From Podarcis gaigeae (lineage: Eukaryota): a DNA stretch of 64,000 nt. The number at the start of each line of letters is the position of its first letter. The stretch's first letter is position 1. The translations under genes and the position numbers were made by a program. Positions 39,409 to 52,400 of the stretch are shown here, piece by piece. The stretch lies in the NCBI GenBank assembly GCA_964106915.2, contig OZ066918.1, one strand, 5' to 3'. The notes under the pieces are model-generated. The model had not been told where the DNA came from. It made no database searches and saw only the letters and a program-made list of their open reading frames with translations.

Positions 39409-42400
39409 TACCTCTTAAGATATCATAACCAAATTTTGCTTGATGGTCCCTGAGATCAAGGAACAGGCCTTCATCTATGTTTAGTTACAACTGGATGCTA
39501 TTTTCCTTCAAGATGGAGGGTATGTTTGAAAGGAGAATATCAATACTTGTCTACACTTCCTGTCTTACAGAGTAATGTAATTTAATACAGACATACTAAA
39601 CATGCAGCTTTCACCAGAATTGCATGCTGACTGAGTGTAAATAGCAATTCACACTTCAAACACCAGTTGTGTAAAAGGAGATTCCAGCTGTGAATATTTT
39701 ACGGCCATGTTTTATTTCCATGGTCTACAAATCAACGTAAAAGTTGTTTGCTCTCCTTCAGTGGGCCTCAGATAGAGTACACTTCTTTAAAAAAAAAAAC
39801 AACAACCATTCCTGCTGCTAAATATAAACCAGCAGTTAATCTTTTGGAAGAAAGAAAGAAGAAATGCTAGTCATAGTATTTGGGGATCTAGTTCTGGAAT
39901 ACTTGTAAACCTGCCAGCATTCTCTTCCAGTTTAAATACATTTTAATGGAAAGCTTATCCTGGGCACATTTTCCATGCACACTGCAGTAACTTGGAACCT
40001 ATCCTATTAAATTCCAGTAAGAGTATGAGACACAATTAGGTGCAGAGATGTTAAAAGCCAAGTCTTTTGAATATGCAAAAAAGCTGGAAAAAACTGGGAA
40101 CAGTCGGAACAGAAATAATAAATGAGCAATACAGAACCATCGTAAGAATTAAAACAATGGTTAAAATTCAGTGGGTGTGAATGACACAAGGCAATATCAA
40201 TGGATTAAAGGGCAGGAACAGTTGTGAATCATTGTGGTGTTTCTTGTGTTATGGGCCACACAGAAAGCACTGGCTCATTAAAGTAGAATTACATTGGTCC
40301 CTGACTTTTCCCACTTATGAGATCAGTATGTTGGCCTGTGAGCTCAACCTTCACTTCAGGACAGATTCTTCTTTTCTCTCCCCCTCCCCCCACCCCCCAG
40401 TCACTGGAAACGAACTATGAGGAATTTTGCTACAGTCTCTTAAAAGGTTCAGCTTTTCACATAAGTAGAAAGGGTTGTGTGATGTTAAAGGATGAAAATG
40501 TTGCACCATGGCAAGTTAGCAGCCCATGGCCAATTCAACTTCCCTAAGCAGGTCTATGGATACTCTGCATCCATGCAGAACCTGCAACCCAATAATATCA
40601 ACTTTACCTAAAGAAAACAATGTTTTTGACCTAAAAGAAAGTCTGGAGTTTTCTGTCTGTTTTTATTAAAGGTTTTCCTCATTTACAAAAGCACATGCAT
40701 TGTCTCTTTCTTCGGGCTGTGTTTTCTACAGATCAGTTACATTTGCTGTGAGACACTGGTGCTATATGCAGCATAGGGTTGGGAAGAAAAGAGGGTGGGA
40801 CAGAAAAGAGGGGGTGTGGTGTAAAACTTATGTTCTTTTACTTAGTGTATGGGGGGGTGCCGTGTCGGCATCACTTGGGTAGGTTCTCTTTCTATTTGCT
40901 TTTTATGTTTCCTCCGTAGTGAGAGAGGTTGAGGTGGCTAAGGGGTTGGTTGATTGCCTTTGGTTGGCTGCAGTGGGCTTTGTTTGTGCATGAGGGTGGG
41001 TGTGTTGTTGGTTTAAGTTAGCCATACTGAATCGTATGGTTTTCTGAAAGTCAAGAAAAAGCCAACAGGAGTGGGGGGGGGGAGAGATGCTGCTTTGGGA
41101 TAGAGTGGGATAAGACATGAAACACAACTGAAAGGGAAAGTCAACAGGGGTGAATCTTTTCAGGATGCTTGGAGATTATTGAAAACCACAAAAATATAAA
41201 CTAAGATAGATCACAGATTAGGAAAGCAACAGCAAGACCCCAAGAGGATGCCAGTGTGGTTAATGAAGACACAGTCAAGGCAACTATAAAAGGCAAGGAG
41301 GATTCCTTGTGGGTTTGCTTGTTTTGCATTTTAAGAGTCACAAAAAGTTTCAATAAAATTATTCTTTTTTAAAATAATGGACATCTTGTCCGAATGAGCA
41401 GAACAAAAAAGGAACACAAACTCTGGCAAAACAAGTAAGGCAAGTGGGGAAAGAATTTGAGGAACATATTGCTTAAAAAAAGTCAGTCAATAAACAGTGA
41501 TTTCTGACTAATGGCAGATGCAGTGATGGTTCACCACAAGGTGCTCAAACTTGTTTTGAGTGATTATTACAGCTGCCTTCTGATGCCCCCTAACCCATGG
41601 CCCACAGCCCAGTTTAGGTAGACTGCTCCAGAACGTGGAGGTTCCACTCTTCTCAGACGGCCCTTGGCAGCACCCTCCTGAGCAAGAAGCCTGCCAGCAG
41701 GACCCACAAGCGACTCGCCCTTCCTCCTTCAGCACACCCAGAGAGGGCAAGTTTTCTACGCTCAATGCCAGGGCCAGTTCCTGCCTGCAGGCACATGCCC
41801 CCCACCCCCAGCACCTCACCTGGAGGAAGGCCCTGCTGGTGGGAGGAAGGTGCCTTAACAAGAAGCCTGTGGTGGACACAGGTTGAGGTGGTGAGCAGTA
41901 GGGCGGCACTATCAAGAGCAGCTCCTCCCAGCTTGGGCAGAAGGTAGGAGCAGTTTCTTTCCTCACCCTTTTTTGTATTTAGTGATCATTCTTTCCCCAT
42001 CCTTCACATTGGTGTAATGGAGGGGGGGGGGACTAGGCTAGCCCCAGAGCTACTGCAGTTTTACTCCCTTTGCAAGGGTGTGCCAGAAAAACCAGAAGGC
42101 TTTGAACCCTGTGTGGATTCAACCCCATACACAAATCCTCTTCCAACACAGCCTTTTCATTTCATACTACCATCAGAGTCAACAACAGAAGTGTGGTGGA
42201 ACTTTCCAACACCACCATGGAGGCTTCTGATGGCAGACTTTCTTCTCCATTTACAGAGAGGGAAATTGACAGAATCCAACAGCCCCTTAGCTGCCTTTCA
42301 CAAGCCCTTAGGACTTATCCCTTAGTGGATTTAACTGAATTAAAAGACACGGTGGGATGGCACCTTCTTTCACCCGGCCTACATAATTTTTAACCAGACC

Positions 42401-45400
42401 GAAAAAGCACTCAAATAAGAAGGGTGTCACTGTGGGTGTCAGGCTATATCTACATCCACAATTCAATGCAGCTCAGTGGCAATGTGTAGAACACATCCGG
42501 CTTGCCTCTCCACTGAAAGCACTTAAAAACTAATTTGGATGTAGCATTGCTACAGTTTTCCTGCTTCACCTTACTGTGCACTGAAAGAATGCATTAGGAA
42601 TTATGACTGCTGCACACTATATGCGTGTGTCCTCCTGTTCCTGGTTCATTCTTTCTTCTACTTTTGTCTTTGTTCATTTGTTTTATATGGGTTGCTTTGC
42701 ATGTGCTCAGTTTCTTAGCTATGGCATGAGAGATCAAAAACCCAGAGACTGATCAAGAAGTTTGAATGGCGTACAAACATTAACACCACCTTCATGTCCT
42801 TTCATGATTAAATGCAAATGAGCTGAGAGGAAACTATACATGAAGCATAAATGGAATATCTTGCAGATTGTGCTTTTTTCCAATTCAAGAACTGAGACCA
42901 GTGTCATGAGAAATGAAGGTCAGTGGCTGGCTGCTGAAACTTCAGAATAGCTGAATATGCGTCTTTTTTCTGTCAAGATGCCATCTATTGTCACAGTTCT
43001 GATAGAAGCCAGATGTGTGTTCCAGCAGTAAAACAGAAATGTACCTGACCATTCTCAAATTGTTGCCAGCACACATCCTCTCTGCTTTTCCTGTGTAGTG
43101 AAAATAAACACACAACCTGTGTGTGCTACACCATCCTATAAGCTCAGCAAATAGTCCCTGTTGTACACTCAGTGCTGGCTGCATTATTTGGGGGGCCCTT
43201 GACACAGTACCTTCAGTGGGGCCCCACTTACCTGGAAGAATTAGGACATGCAAACTAGGAACTCTCTTAACTTGTATCCAGTCTTAATGGATACTTCATG
43301 CAAACTGGGAATGGCAGGATCCTCAACTGGTGAGTGGTCCTCTACTGGAACTGGGGCTGTGGCAAATGCCCAGCTTTACCATTCCCATGTACATTTGTGC
43401 AGGGTCAGTATTTCAGACGTGATATACTGCATTAACAGTTACACCTGGTTAATTTCCAAAGCAATTTATTTCAAGTATTTTCAGACAAATTGTATTGCCT
43501 CGGCAATTAGTTTCCTAATCAGTTAATTAATAAGCAGAGTCCTTATGTCCATGTGTGTGCAATCACTGGGCTTGTCTGAAGCCAGAACTTCACTTGCTGT
43601 AATTTTTAATTTCTCTTCTTCCTCATTCGATACCTGGGAATTGATATACTTTAGGAAGCTTGGTTAGTGAGTGCAAAACGTGAATAGTCAAGAAACAATG
43701 TTGCCTAGAGCTTCATACAAAAGTGCACATGATGTCCAGAACCTCCTAAGAGTCATGGTTCAGACATTATTTAAAGTTTCTCTCTAAAGAATCACTAGAT
43801 TAGTCTGTACTAGAACAAGCTTGCTGTAGAATTAACTAGTGTGAGGCACAGCCCAGTACTTTCAACTTGTTTCCTGAAAACAAAGGGCAACCACAACAAA
43901 CAGCAAAGCAATTCATAGCATCATTTACACAGCAAACATAGCAAAGAAAAGGGAAAGGAAGCAGTGTTTGGGAGAGGTGTGTGTTATGCATACAAGAAGA
44001 ACTTCATTTCCCCCTCCTTGCTTCCTTTTCTCTCTGTTTGGAAAGCTTGGTGGCAGGAATAGTGGGAGTCCATTCCCCCAGCAGCTCGCTACAGCATCTC
44101 CTCTAGCAGAAGACAGTCCAAAAAGGAGGAGGAGGAAGGAGTGAGTGAGGAGTGAGTGAGTGAGTGAGTGACAGCAAGCTTAGGACTTTTCTGATCTAGA
44201 GCCTAATAGTTTGTTTCTCCCCAGTTGTTCCCACAATTCAAAATTATTCTCAGACTGCTTTCTCCCACTAAAACAGTACAAGTATTGTTATGAACCCTGG
44301 CCAAGTAAAGCCAGTCACCCCTTTAGCTGGGGATTTCCAGGTAAACGGCTCATGATGACTGGTACATGTATCTTCCTGGGAACTAGTTGTTAGATGGTGA
44401 AGTGACGCACATCCCTGGAATGTGAGAGCTATTTGGAGGAGGTGTTTTTGATTTCCCTCCATCCCCCACAACTGAAGGGAGGGTCTGTCAGAAGGTTTGT
44501 ATGTGAAAAACCTGCCCCCCTTTTTTTTGAGAGTCACAGAGTGATGGCTGAGCTGCTGATGAAAGGATCTCAGGGTGCCTCTGTGGTGTATTGCTGGACT
44601 CCGTCATCCCTGACCACTGGGCCATGCTAGCTGACATTGCTGGGAGGTGGAAGTCCAGCAATGTCTGGAAGTGCCACCTTGGCTAATCCCTGCTCCAGGG
44701 AACTGGTGCTGGGGTATTAGGGTCTAGTGCCTGCTAGAAAGGCTGTGGTGCTTGCCTCCCACTTGTGTTCCATCTCCATATTTGTGAAGACATTAAATAC
44801 TATAAATTACCAAAGTCTCTAGTGATCTCTTCCTGCAAAAGGAAGCCAATTGCAGGCAGCAGAATCGCTGGAACTTCTTGCTGCTTGGGGAAGCAAATGC
44901 GAACTGTACATCTGCAACATCAAAGCATATCAAAAGGAGTTTCTCTCCTCTCATAGCAGTAATTTCATGGAGTGGAACTTTTGAAATACATATGTGCAGA
45001 TATGCCCTAAATTACAGCAAGTATTCAAAATAAAGTATATTTGATAACCATTCGGATAAAGTATGGTTTTTAACACCACCACATGCATGTAAACACCTTC
45101 TGTATATATATATATATATAGAAAAATAAGGACAGCATAACACTTTTCCCCCCAGCTGCTTCTACTATTCAACTCAAAGTAACCTCAGATGTTCACTTGA
45201 AATCTGGCAAAGTCACAGGATTATAGCATAATCACTGGTAGCCCCCTTTTTAGTAAATGTTAACATTGCTTCAACATTCTTCCCAGGGTATTCTGTATCA
45301 GTTAATCCAGCCCTGAGATGGACTGATTTTAGAAAAGCAAACAAATACCATCTTTCAGACTATATAAAGGCCATGCTGTATATAGATATTTAAGAAGAAC

Positions 45401-45999
45401 CTTGGCATCTTCATCTCACAGCAATACTCAGTGGACCAAATGTGGGGAGGGAGATGATATCTACATCCTGGCACATTTGCAGCAGTGTCTAGAAACAATA
45501 TACCGGTATATTGCTCTATTTCAGCTGTCCTGTGTTTGTAGATTATTTACCCATTCAGAGCAAAATAGAATACTAAAATAACTGCATCTCCACAGTGGTG
45601 AGGTTAACATTTGGCATTATCAAGGTATTATTATTTATTTTAATGAGGCAATGTTTTGAACTTGGGCAGTTCCCTTTTTAGACATTTGCAAGTCAAATTG
45701 TATTAGGAAAATGTGCCTCAGAGGTGGACAAATATGCAGACAATTGGGGTCTGAGCTACAAATGCTGAGATAAATTGAACGGGGATCAGTTTAAATCCAG
45801 AAAGGTTAGGATATTATGATGTAGCAAACATACAAGATGGAAAAATTACAAGACACACAGCAGCTGGGAATAAAACACAACAGATTCAATGTGGCCTGGG
45901 GGGGGTAAGGGTAGAGTGTGTGGTACAGAGAGAGATTTGACCCTGAGAGCCAAACAGAAAAACTTGGGGCAGATCCACACCATAAAGCATCTCCAGTGC

Positions 46000-46766
46000 C
46001 AGTGGCGTAGCGTGGGGGGTGCCAGGGGTGCCGGCCGCACCGGGCGCAACTTGGGCGGGGGGCGCACTCGCACTAACAGCTCTCTGCCCCTACTAAAATC
46101 CACGGGTTAGGGAGCCCGCGCTCGCTCGGCTTGGCGAGGAGGTCGCAGAAGGGGGAGAGCAAAGCCTTCTGCCGCGGGCAAAAAAAGGAGAGGAGGGCGG
46201 GCGGGCGGGCTGGCTGGCTGGCTGGTGGGGGTCTGGCTGCGCCTGCTGCTGCCGTTGCCGCTGCTGCCGGGCTTTGACAGCTTGGCGAAGTGGAGGGAGA
46301 GGAGCTGTATGGTAATTGCGGCTCTCTCTCCACTGGCCGCGCTGAGCAGGGAGTCTGGCGAAGGGGCGGGAAGAGACTTTTCCCCCTTTTTTCTACCTCG
46401 CCTGGTCAGAAAGGAGAGCGGAGTCTCCTCAGGGCGCCCTCAGGCAGGGCAGGGCAAGGCAAGCAGAGCGAGGAGGAGAGAGAGGGGAAGGGGGGGGGAA
46501 GCGGCCAGGAAACGCCACGGTGTGGAGGGGGAATCAATTAAGGAGAGAAAGCGAAAAGCCTTGGAGAAAGGGAAAAAAGGAAAGAAAAGAGGCAGCTCCA
46601 GGAGAGCGCGGGGAAAGAGAAGCCTCGCTGCTGCTGCTTGGGAGAGTAAATTACTGTACTTGCCTTGCCCCGGGTTAGGGGGCGCAAATTACTTGCCTTG
46701 CCCTGGGTTAGGGGGCGCAAATTACTTGCCTTGCCCCGGGTGCTGATAACCCACGCTACGCCGCTG
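46000..46766. mobile_element. Non-autonomous hAT-type DNA transposon with GC-rich interior
   Basis: TIRs CAGTGGCGTAGCGTGGG / CCCACGCTACGCCGCTG (16/17). Perfect 8-bp TSD TCCAGTGC at 45992-45999 and 46767-46774. No transposase ORF. Confidence 0.9.
46657..46740 (+). repeat. 33-bp subterminal tandem repeat (about 2.5 copies) TACTTGCCTTGCCCCGGGTTAGGGGGCGCAAAT
   Basis: Directly visible, and seen as the YLPCPGLGGAN repeat in ORF 46225..46746. Confidence 0.9.
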
Positions 46767-47196
46767 TCCAGTGCACATTTAAAGCATATTACTTCGCCCA
46801 TAGAATCCCGGGGAATGTGGTATCCCCCTCACAGAGCTACAATTCCCAGCACCCTTAACAAACTACAGTTCCCAGAATCCTTTGGGGGAAGTCATGTGTT
46901 TTAAATGAGTGTTGACTGCACTTTCAATGTATGGTGTGAATCTGCCCTTGGTGGGCTGAATTTGGCCTGGGGTCGTCGTCGTCCCCCCCCCCCCCCCGTA
47001 CACTGATTTTCTGCTGTTAATGATAAGTTTCCAAACTATAAATGAGGTGCTTGATATAACTGGTAATGTAGCTGAATAACAAAATCTGCTGTTTGTCACC
47101 AATACTTTGTTGGTGGATATCATGTTTACAGAGTGAGGTTAATGCCCAAGTGGGAAGGATATGCATGCCCAATTGCACTGCCGTCAGAATCTTAAT

Positions 47197-47667
47197 CATA
47201 GGCGCCGACTCCATGGGGCCTGAGGGGGCCCGAGCCCCCTCAAAAATTCGTTTGGGGGGGCTCTGCCCCCCCAATAATTTAAGAAAATTATTAGTTATAT
47301 TATGCTTTGTAAAATCACAAAATTATGTTGGTATTTTTTATTTTCCTTGTTTGACGATAGTTACCTTTTAAAATACATTCAGTAATGAGTTAAAACAAAG
47401 CCACTCCCGATCTAGAGAGGGGGTGGGGTTGCGGGCTCTCGACCCATCAACCCTAGCTCATTAATATTCACCGCCCACGGCGGCAGCCAATCGGCTGCCG
47501 CAAAGGGCGGGCCCTCACAGGTTCACTTAAGGTCGGGGCAGCCCGGGAGCTCGCCCCTTTCGTTCCCCCAGCAGCAGCGGTTTGGAGGTCTTGGGCCCCC
47601 CCAATATTTTTTATAAGTCGGTATGGACCCCCGCCCCCCCAATATTTTTTATAAGTCGGCGCCCCTG
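47197..47667. mobile_element. Second non-autonomous hAT-type element
   Basis: TIRs CATAGGCGCCGACT / AGTCGGCGCCCCTG (12/14). Perfect 8-bp TSD ATCTTAAT at 47189-47196 and 47668-47675. Confidence 0.88.
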
Positions 47668-48034
47668 ATCTTAATTCATTGTGAACCATGACCGGCAAGA
47701 AAATCCCTGGAAGATATGTGCAAGTTATTCACATCCATGCATGCATATTGCTGCAGCTTTTTCCTACGTAAACTAATAAAGGGGTAGGAAGGGAAATGAA
47801 TTATTGTCTATTTCAGACAACAAAACGTCAACAGTGCAACTGTGGCATTTAAAGTGTTGCTCAAGCTTCATAAATCAACCCAGAGGGCCAATTCACGTAG
47901 CTATAAAGATCATGGCAAAACGTAGCTTTTGGCAGCTCCCCACCCAGGCAGTTTGCTGTATACATTTCAATCATCACTATGTGGAGTCTTGTGATGTCTC
48001 TGCAAACAAACGAAAATGCTGGTTTGTTGCAGAA

Positions 48035-48612
48035 TGTGGTATTCCACACTTGGAATACTGTGCAAAGCCCTGATCACCACATCTCAAATATAAGACTGTA
48101 GAGCTGGGGAAGGTGCAGAAAGGGGAAGCCAAAATAATGAGGGGACTGGAACAACTCCATTATGAGGAACAATTACAATGTTTGGGGCTTTTTTAGTTTG
48201 GAGAAAAGGCGAGTAAGGAGGGATGTGACAGAGAGGTATGAAATTATGCTTGGTGAGAAGAATGTGGATATAGAGAAGCTGGTCTCCCTTGCTTATAATA
48301 CCAGAAACTGGGGTTTATCCAATGAAACTGGAAGACTCAGGACAATTAACAAGAAGGACTACTTCACACAGCACTGATAAACCATGAAACATGCCAGTAT
48401 AAGATGTAGTGATGGCCATATGGGCTTAAAATGTGATTAGACAAATTCATGAAGCGTAAGGCTGCTAGTCATCGTAGCTAGGTCCTAACTCCAGCATCAA
48501 AGACACTGTGCCTCTGAATATCAGCGGCTGAGGGACAAAAGAAAGAGTCATGGCTATCCAACTGTTGGAAACAAGATGATAGACTAGATGAGTCTGGTTC
48601 AGCATGTTCTTT
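48035..48612 (+). mobile_element. CR1 LINE 3' fragment, degraded
   Basis: Reads PHLEYC..., ELGKVQK...K IMRGLEQL.YEE and FSLEKRR.R.D....Y.IM, typical of the CR1 ORF2 C-terminus. Confidence 0.85.
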
Positions 48613-50797
48613 GGTTTCCCATGTAAGATTTATTTGAAATAAACCTTAACCATAATATTATGATTCTGTGGAAGTTTACATACAGGGGCTTTATGTTGCA
48701 AATGTGTCATTCAGACCAAGTTTCTCTCTATGCATAGTTGACATATGATCAACTACACATTCCACTTTTAGTTTTAGACTCCCACCCCCATGCACATCAG
48801 CGAGAGGTCTATGATGTTCTCTGGCCTCTCTGCTGAATAACTGTCCCCCTCGCCCTCCTCTGTCACCCCCTCACCCATTCCCCATTCTGGGCACGCACTA
48901 AGGTATTCTTGTACCTATGTGCACATACTTAAAACGAAACAAAAAACCGCACAAGAAGCACACAAGAACGCATGACTGCCGTAATTGTGTTTCACAATGG
49001 CCAAAATGGAAGCATGTGCTTGGGGTTGGAGAGATAACCCATTTCCATTTGGGTTTCTTCGATAAGGAGGTCCTGGGGAAGACTGACATTTTGCTATAGT
49101 GAAATTCTGATGAGCAGGTCTTGCACAAGACCTTGATATGGTGATGATTTTAAAATGTCCCAAGGTAAACTTCCTCCAAACAGAGTTGTTGGAATTCTGA
49201 CATGCTTTCTGCATATGGTAATTGATGGAAATAGGAGCACTTGTTTCCTTTTGGCTAGTAGAAACAAAATGACTCTGCTGTGCTCAGGTGAGAAGCAAGC
49301 TGAAGTGGGGTAGGGCAATAGGGGCTACCTACAAAAACATCACCGCATACATGACAACTCTCTGCCCCCTTGACTTTCCACATTAGCTGTAACTGTAGAT
49401 ATTTAATGGGTTGTTTTTACTTAATGGATTTTCCACTGTAAGAGGAACTATGGATTTAAGGGTTTTTTTAATTTAAAAAAGTATTAGTTGGCATTTTGAT
49501 AATGACAACATCATGTGGGTAGTGCCCAAATCTTGAGCGGCACCAGCTCCACAATAAACTTCTGCCTGGAAACACACTAAACAAAACAGCAATGTTGAGT
49601 GTGTGTTTTAATACTTAATTTTAAAATATACAGTTTACAATATTTTTATTTGCTTTTATTTAAGGAATTTATATCCCACTTTTCATCAAAATAAGTTTTT
49701 TTTTTTTTTTAAAAAAAGAGGTAATTGTACAGGAAACATTTATCACAAAGGTTGGTTGTCTTGTTGCTTGTTTTCATGTTATGAAGAGTTATACAAGCAG
49801 AAATCTCTGTGGCAAATAGTTACCTGATTTTTTTTTCTTGGTAAAAAAAAGACATCCATAATAAGCACACATAAAATGGAGTGCCCTACGCAATGAGAGA
49901 AACATCTAATACTTTAAAGATTCTTATTTTTAAAAAAAAAACTCAGAGAGAAATGATACAGTCTTGCGATCAGAAACACAGAACCTGGAAACAAGACCCT
50001 TGGTGTCTGTTCCTGGCTCTGCTGAAGACTGGCTGCATTTCCCTTGTATGTTATTTTCAATATCATTGCACTGCACTCCATTTATAAAGTGTATGTTTAC
50101 TATGAACAGCTGTTATACTAGACAATAACTTTTAACCCGCTACCATAAATGGTATAATTGCAGTACCGTGTGCCTCCCTCCAAGACCAAATGTTAGCTTA
50201 TAGGGTGGGAAAAGAGTCATCTGCTTTCCACTCTACTAATGGCTATTGCTTCTGCCTGATCTCATGTTAAGGTAAATAGTCTTCTCTACCATCCAAAGAA
50301 GGGTTATTCATAGAACAATTATTGGGCAACTTCATTTTGTTCCTCCAGCTGGTTACCATGTTTGGCCTCATCCACACAGCTACAACACGAAGGTGGTCAC
50401 TTACACATCACCAAAAAAAGGGGCAGCCAATCCCCAGAAAAGGCACCAATTTGCATATTATTTAATGTGCTGATTTATGCACACATTCAGAAATGAAGAC
50501 TATAGTTTAATTAGAAATATAATATATCTCAGCACAGCAGGGAAGCCTGCTATCAAGGTGCTAAACTTGATGGGATGAATCAACCTTCTTATGGTTCCTT
50601 ATTTTTAAGCTAGACTTGGACTTCAAAGAGACGCCACTTTCAAAGAGAGGACCGTTTTCTGAAAGCCTTAGAAATAGGATTGTTCCCTGCAAATTAGGAC
50701 ATGTGTCTACCCTAACAAGACGCCCAATGTTATTCCATCACTGGAAATTTGTACTGAAAACATAGTCACAGCCACTCCTTTTACTCCTGAAGAACTA

Positions 50798-51049
50798 CAG
50801 TGGTACTTCTGGTTGTGAACGGGATCCGTCCCAGAGCCCCGTTCGCAACCTGAAAGGAATGCAACCCGCATCTGTGCACGCGCGGGTCACGATTCGCCGC
50901 TTCTGCGCATGTGCGTGACATCATTTTGCGCATCTGCGCATGCATGAGTGGTGAAACCCAGAAGTAACCCTTTCCGGTACTTCCGGGTTGCCGCAGGATG
51001 CAACCTGAAAAAACATATCATGAAGCAAACGTAACAAGAGGTATGGCTG
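50798..51049. mobile_element. Related but distinct Tc1/mariner-type MITE with CpG-rich interior
   Basis: TA|CAGTGGTACTTCTGGTT ... AACAAGAGGTATGGCTG|TA, degenerate TIRs, internal TGCGCA repeats. Confidence 0.75.
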
Positions 51050-51949
51050 TATTATTAGGATAATAGATCACCTTCAGTAAACTTCAGAAGATAAAGTTTA
51101 CTATTACCCCTAATGTTGGAAGTGCAACTATCTAGGTACCTTTTAAAAAAACTATCATAATGGATACGCTCTACAGCAATTACTTACTGAACCAAAACCA
51201 GTTATACGATAGGACTAAGTGGGGTGGGGGGAACAGATCCTTGATTATTATTTCTTCTTACATACACCAAGTATATTCCAACAAAACATAGGGCAAAACA
51301 GCACAAATAGTACAGGATATACAATATACAAATGGGAACAAAAGTTGTTTGAATATGCAACTATAGCCCAAAATAACTTGCTTTAAGAGCATTAGAGGAG
51401 AGGCAGAAAGCACACTCATTTGTAGTTAAATGTTTTATGTTTATCAGTGATTGGGCTTCCATTCTTCTCTTCCCCTTCCCAGTCTGCTCCAGCGAGACCT
51501 ACAACCCAGAGTAGATTTCAGGTGTGTAGGGACTTCAAGGGGAGGAGCAATCCATTCCACAAATGGTATATGTTCCTCTAGTGGATTATATACCGTGTAA
51601 TATTCCTTCACTTTCCTTATGCAAAGCATCACCACTGTTTATACCAAGTTTAGTCTGCAATAGTCTGAACAGTTTCTGCTGTTGTGCACCTATTCTGTAT
51701 ATGATGACAAGGTCCGAGACTTACGCAGCAATCCTAAACATACTTACTAAGGGAATACTCCCTACTGAATATAGTTGAACTTATTTTTGAATAACCATAC
51801 AAGGGATCATGCTGTTCAAAAGAATAAACCCCGACTCCTTTCATTATCATGGTGTTCCTTTCATCATGCATTTTGGTTTTTTGAAATGCACCTCCCGTCT
51901 TTCTGATCTTTCTGATCTATTCTAGTCACATTCCAAAAATAATTAAAAT

Positions 51950-52400
51950 CAATGGAAAACTGGAAAGAAGAGTAAAAACGCATGCCAATATTCTACATAT
52001 CCAGGGAAATTGTTTGAACAAAAAAGTTTTTAGCAGGTGCCAAAAAGAGTACAGTGAAGGTGCCTGCCTGATTTCAATAAGCAGGGAGTTCCAAAGATTG
52101 ATTTGTTGCAAATGCTGAATGAGTATTATGTCATACCTGTAACAATGCCAGTTCCGCAGATTTAAACAGTCAAGTGGGCATATATGGGGTAAGGCAATCT
52201 TGCAGGTAAAAATCTAGCTGGTCCCAAGTTGTTAAGGGCTTTATATACTAACATCAGCAGCTTGAATCTGGCTCAGTATTAAAGTGGCAAACAGTACAGA
52301 TTTCTGACCACAGGTGTTATATGTTGACAGGGACTCACACCTGTTAGCAATTGTGTTGCAGATTCTATACTAACCACAGTTTCTGAGTCAAACAAAAGGG
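51950..52400 (-). mobile_element. L2-type LINE 3' fragment
   Basis: Minus-strand remnants HITPVVRNLYCLPL (compare HITP.L..LHWLP) and LWNSLL.EIRQAPSL.SF..LLKTFLF. Confidence 0.8.

Larger units (their letters stand above)
45967..46947. mobile_element. PIF/Harbinger-type MITE (about 200 bp of own sequence) split by the hAT insertion
   Basis: TIRs GGGCAGATCCACACCATA / TATGGTGTGAATCTGCCC (17/18), flanked by TTG on both sides. Superfamily inferred from the 3-bp TSD and GGG start. Confidence 0.7.

Noticed and set aside
41508-41966. 152-aa minus-strand ORF in a GC-richer patch
   Set aside because: No recognisable domain or convincing splice sites. Possibly an old LINE remnant, but I cannot support a family.
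46225-46746. 173-aa Lys/Arg-rich ORF ending in YLPCPGLGGAN repeats
   Set aside because: It has no ATG start, lies inside a GC-rich transposon, and its repeats are just the 33-bp DNA tandem. No transposase motifs.
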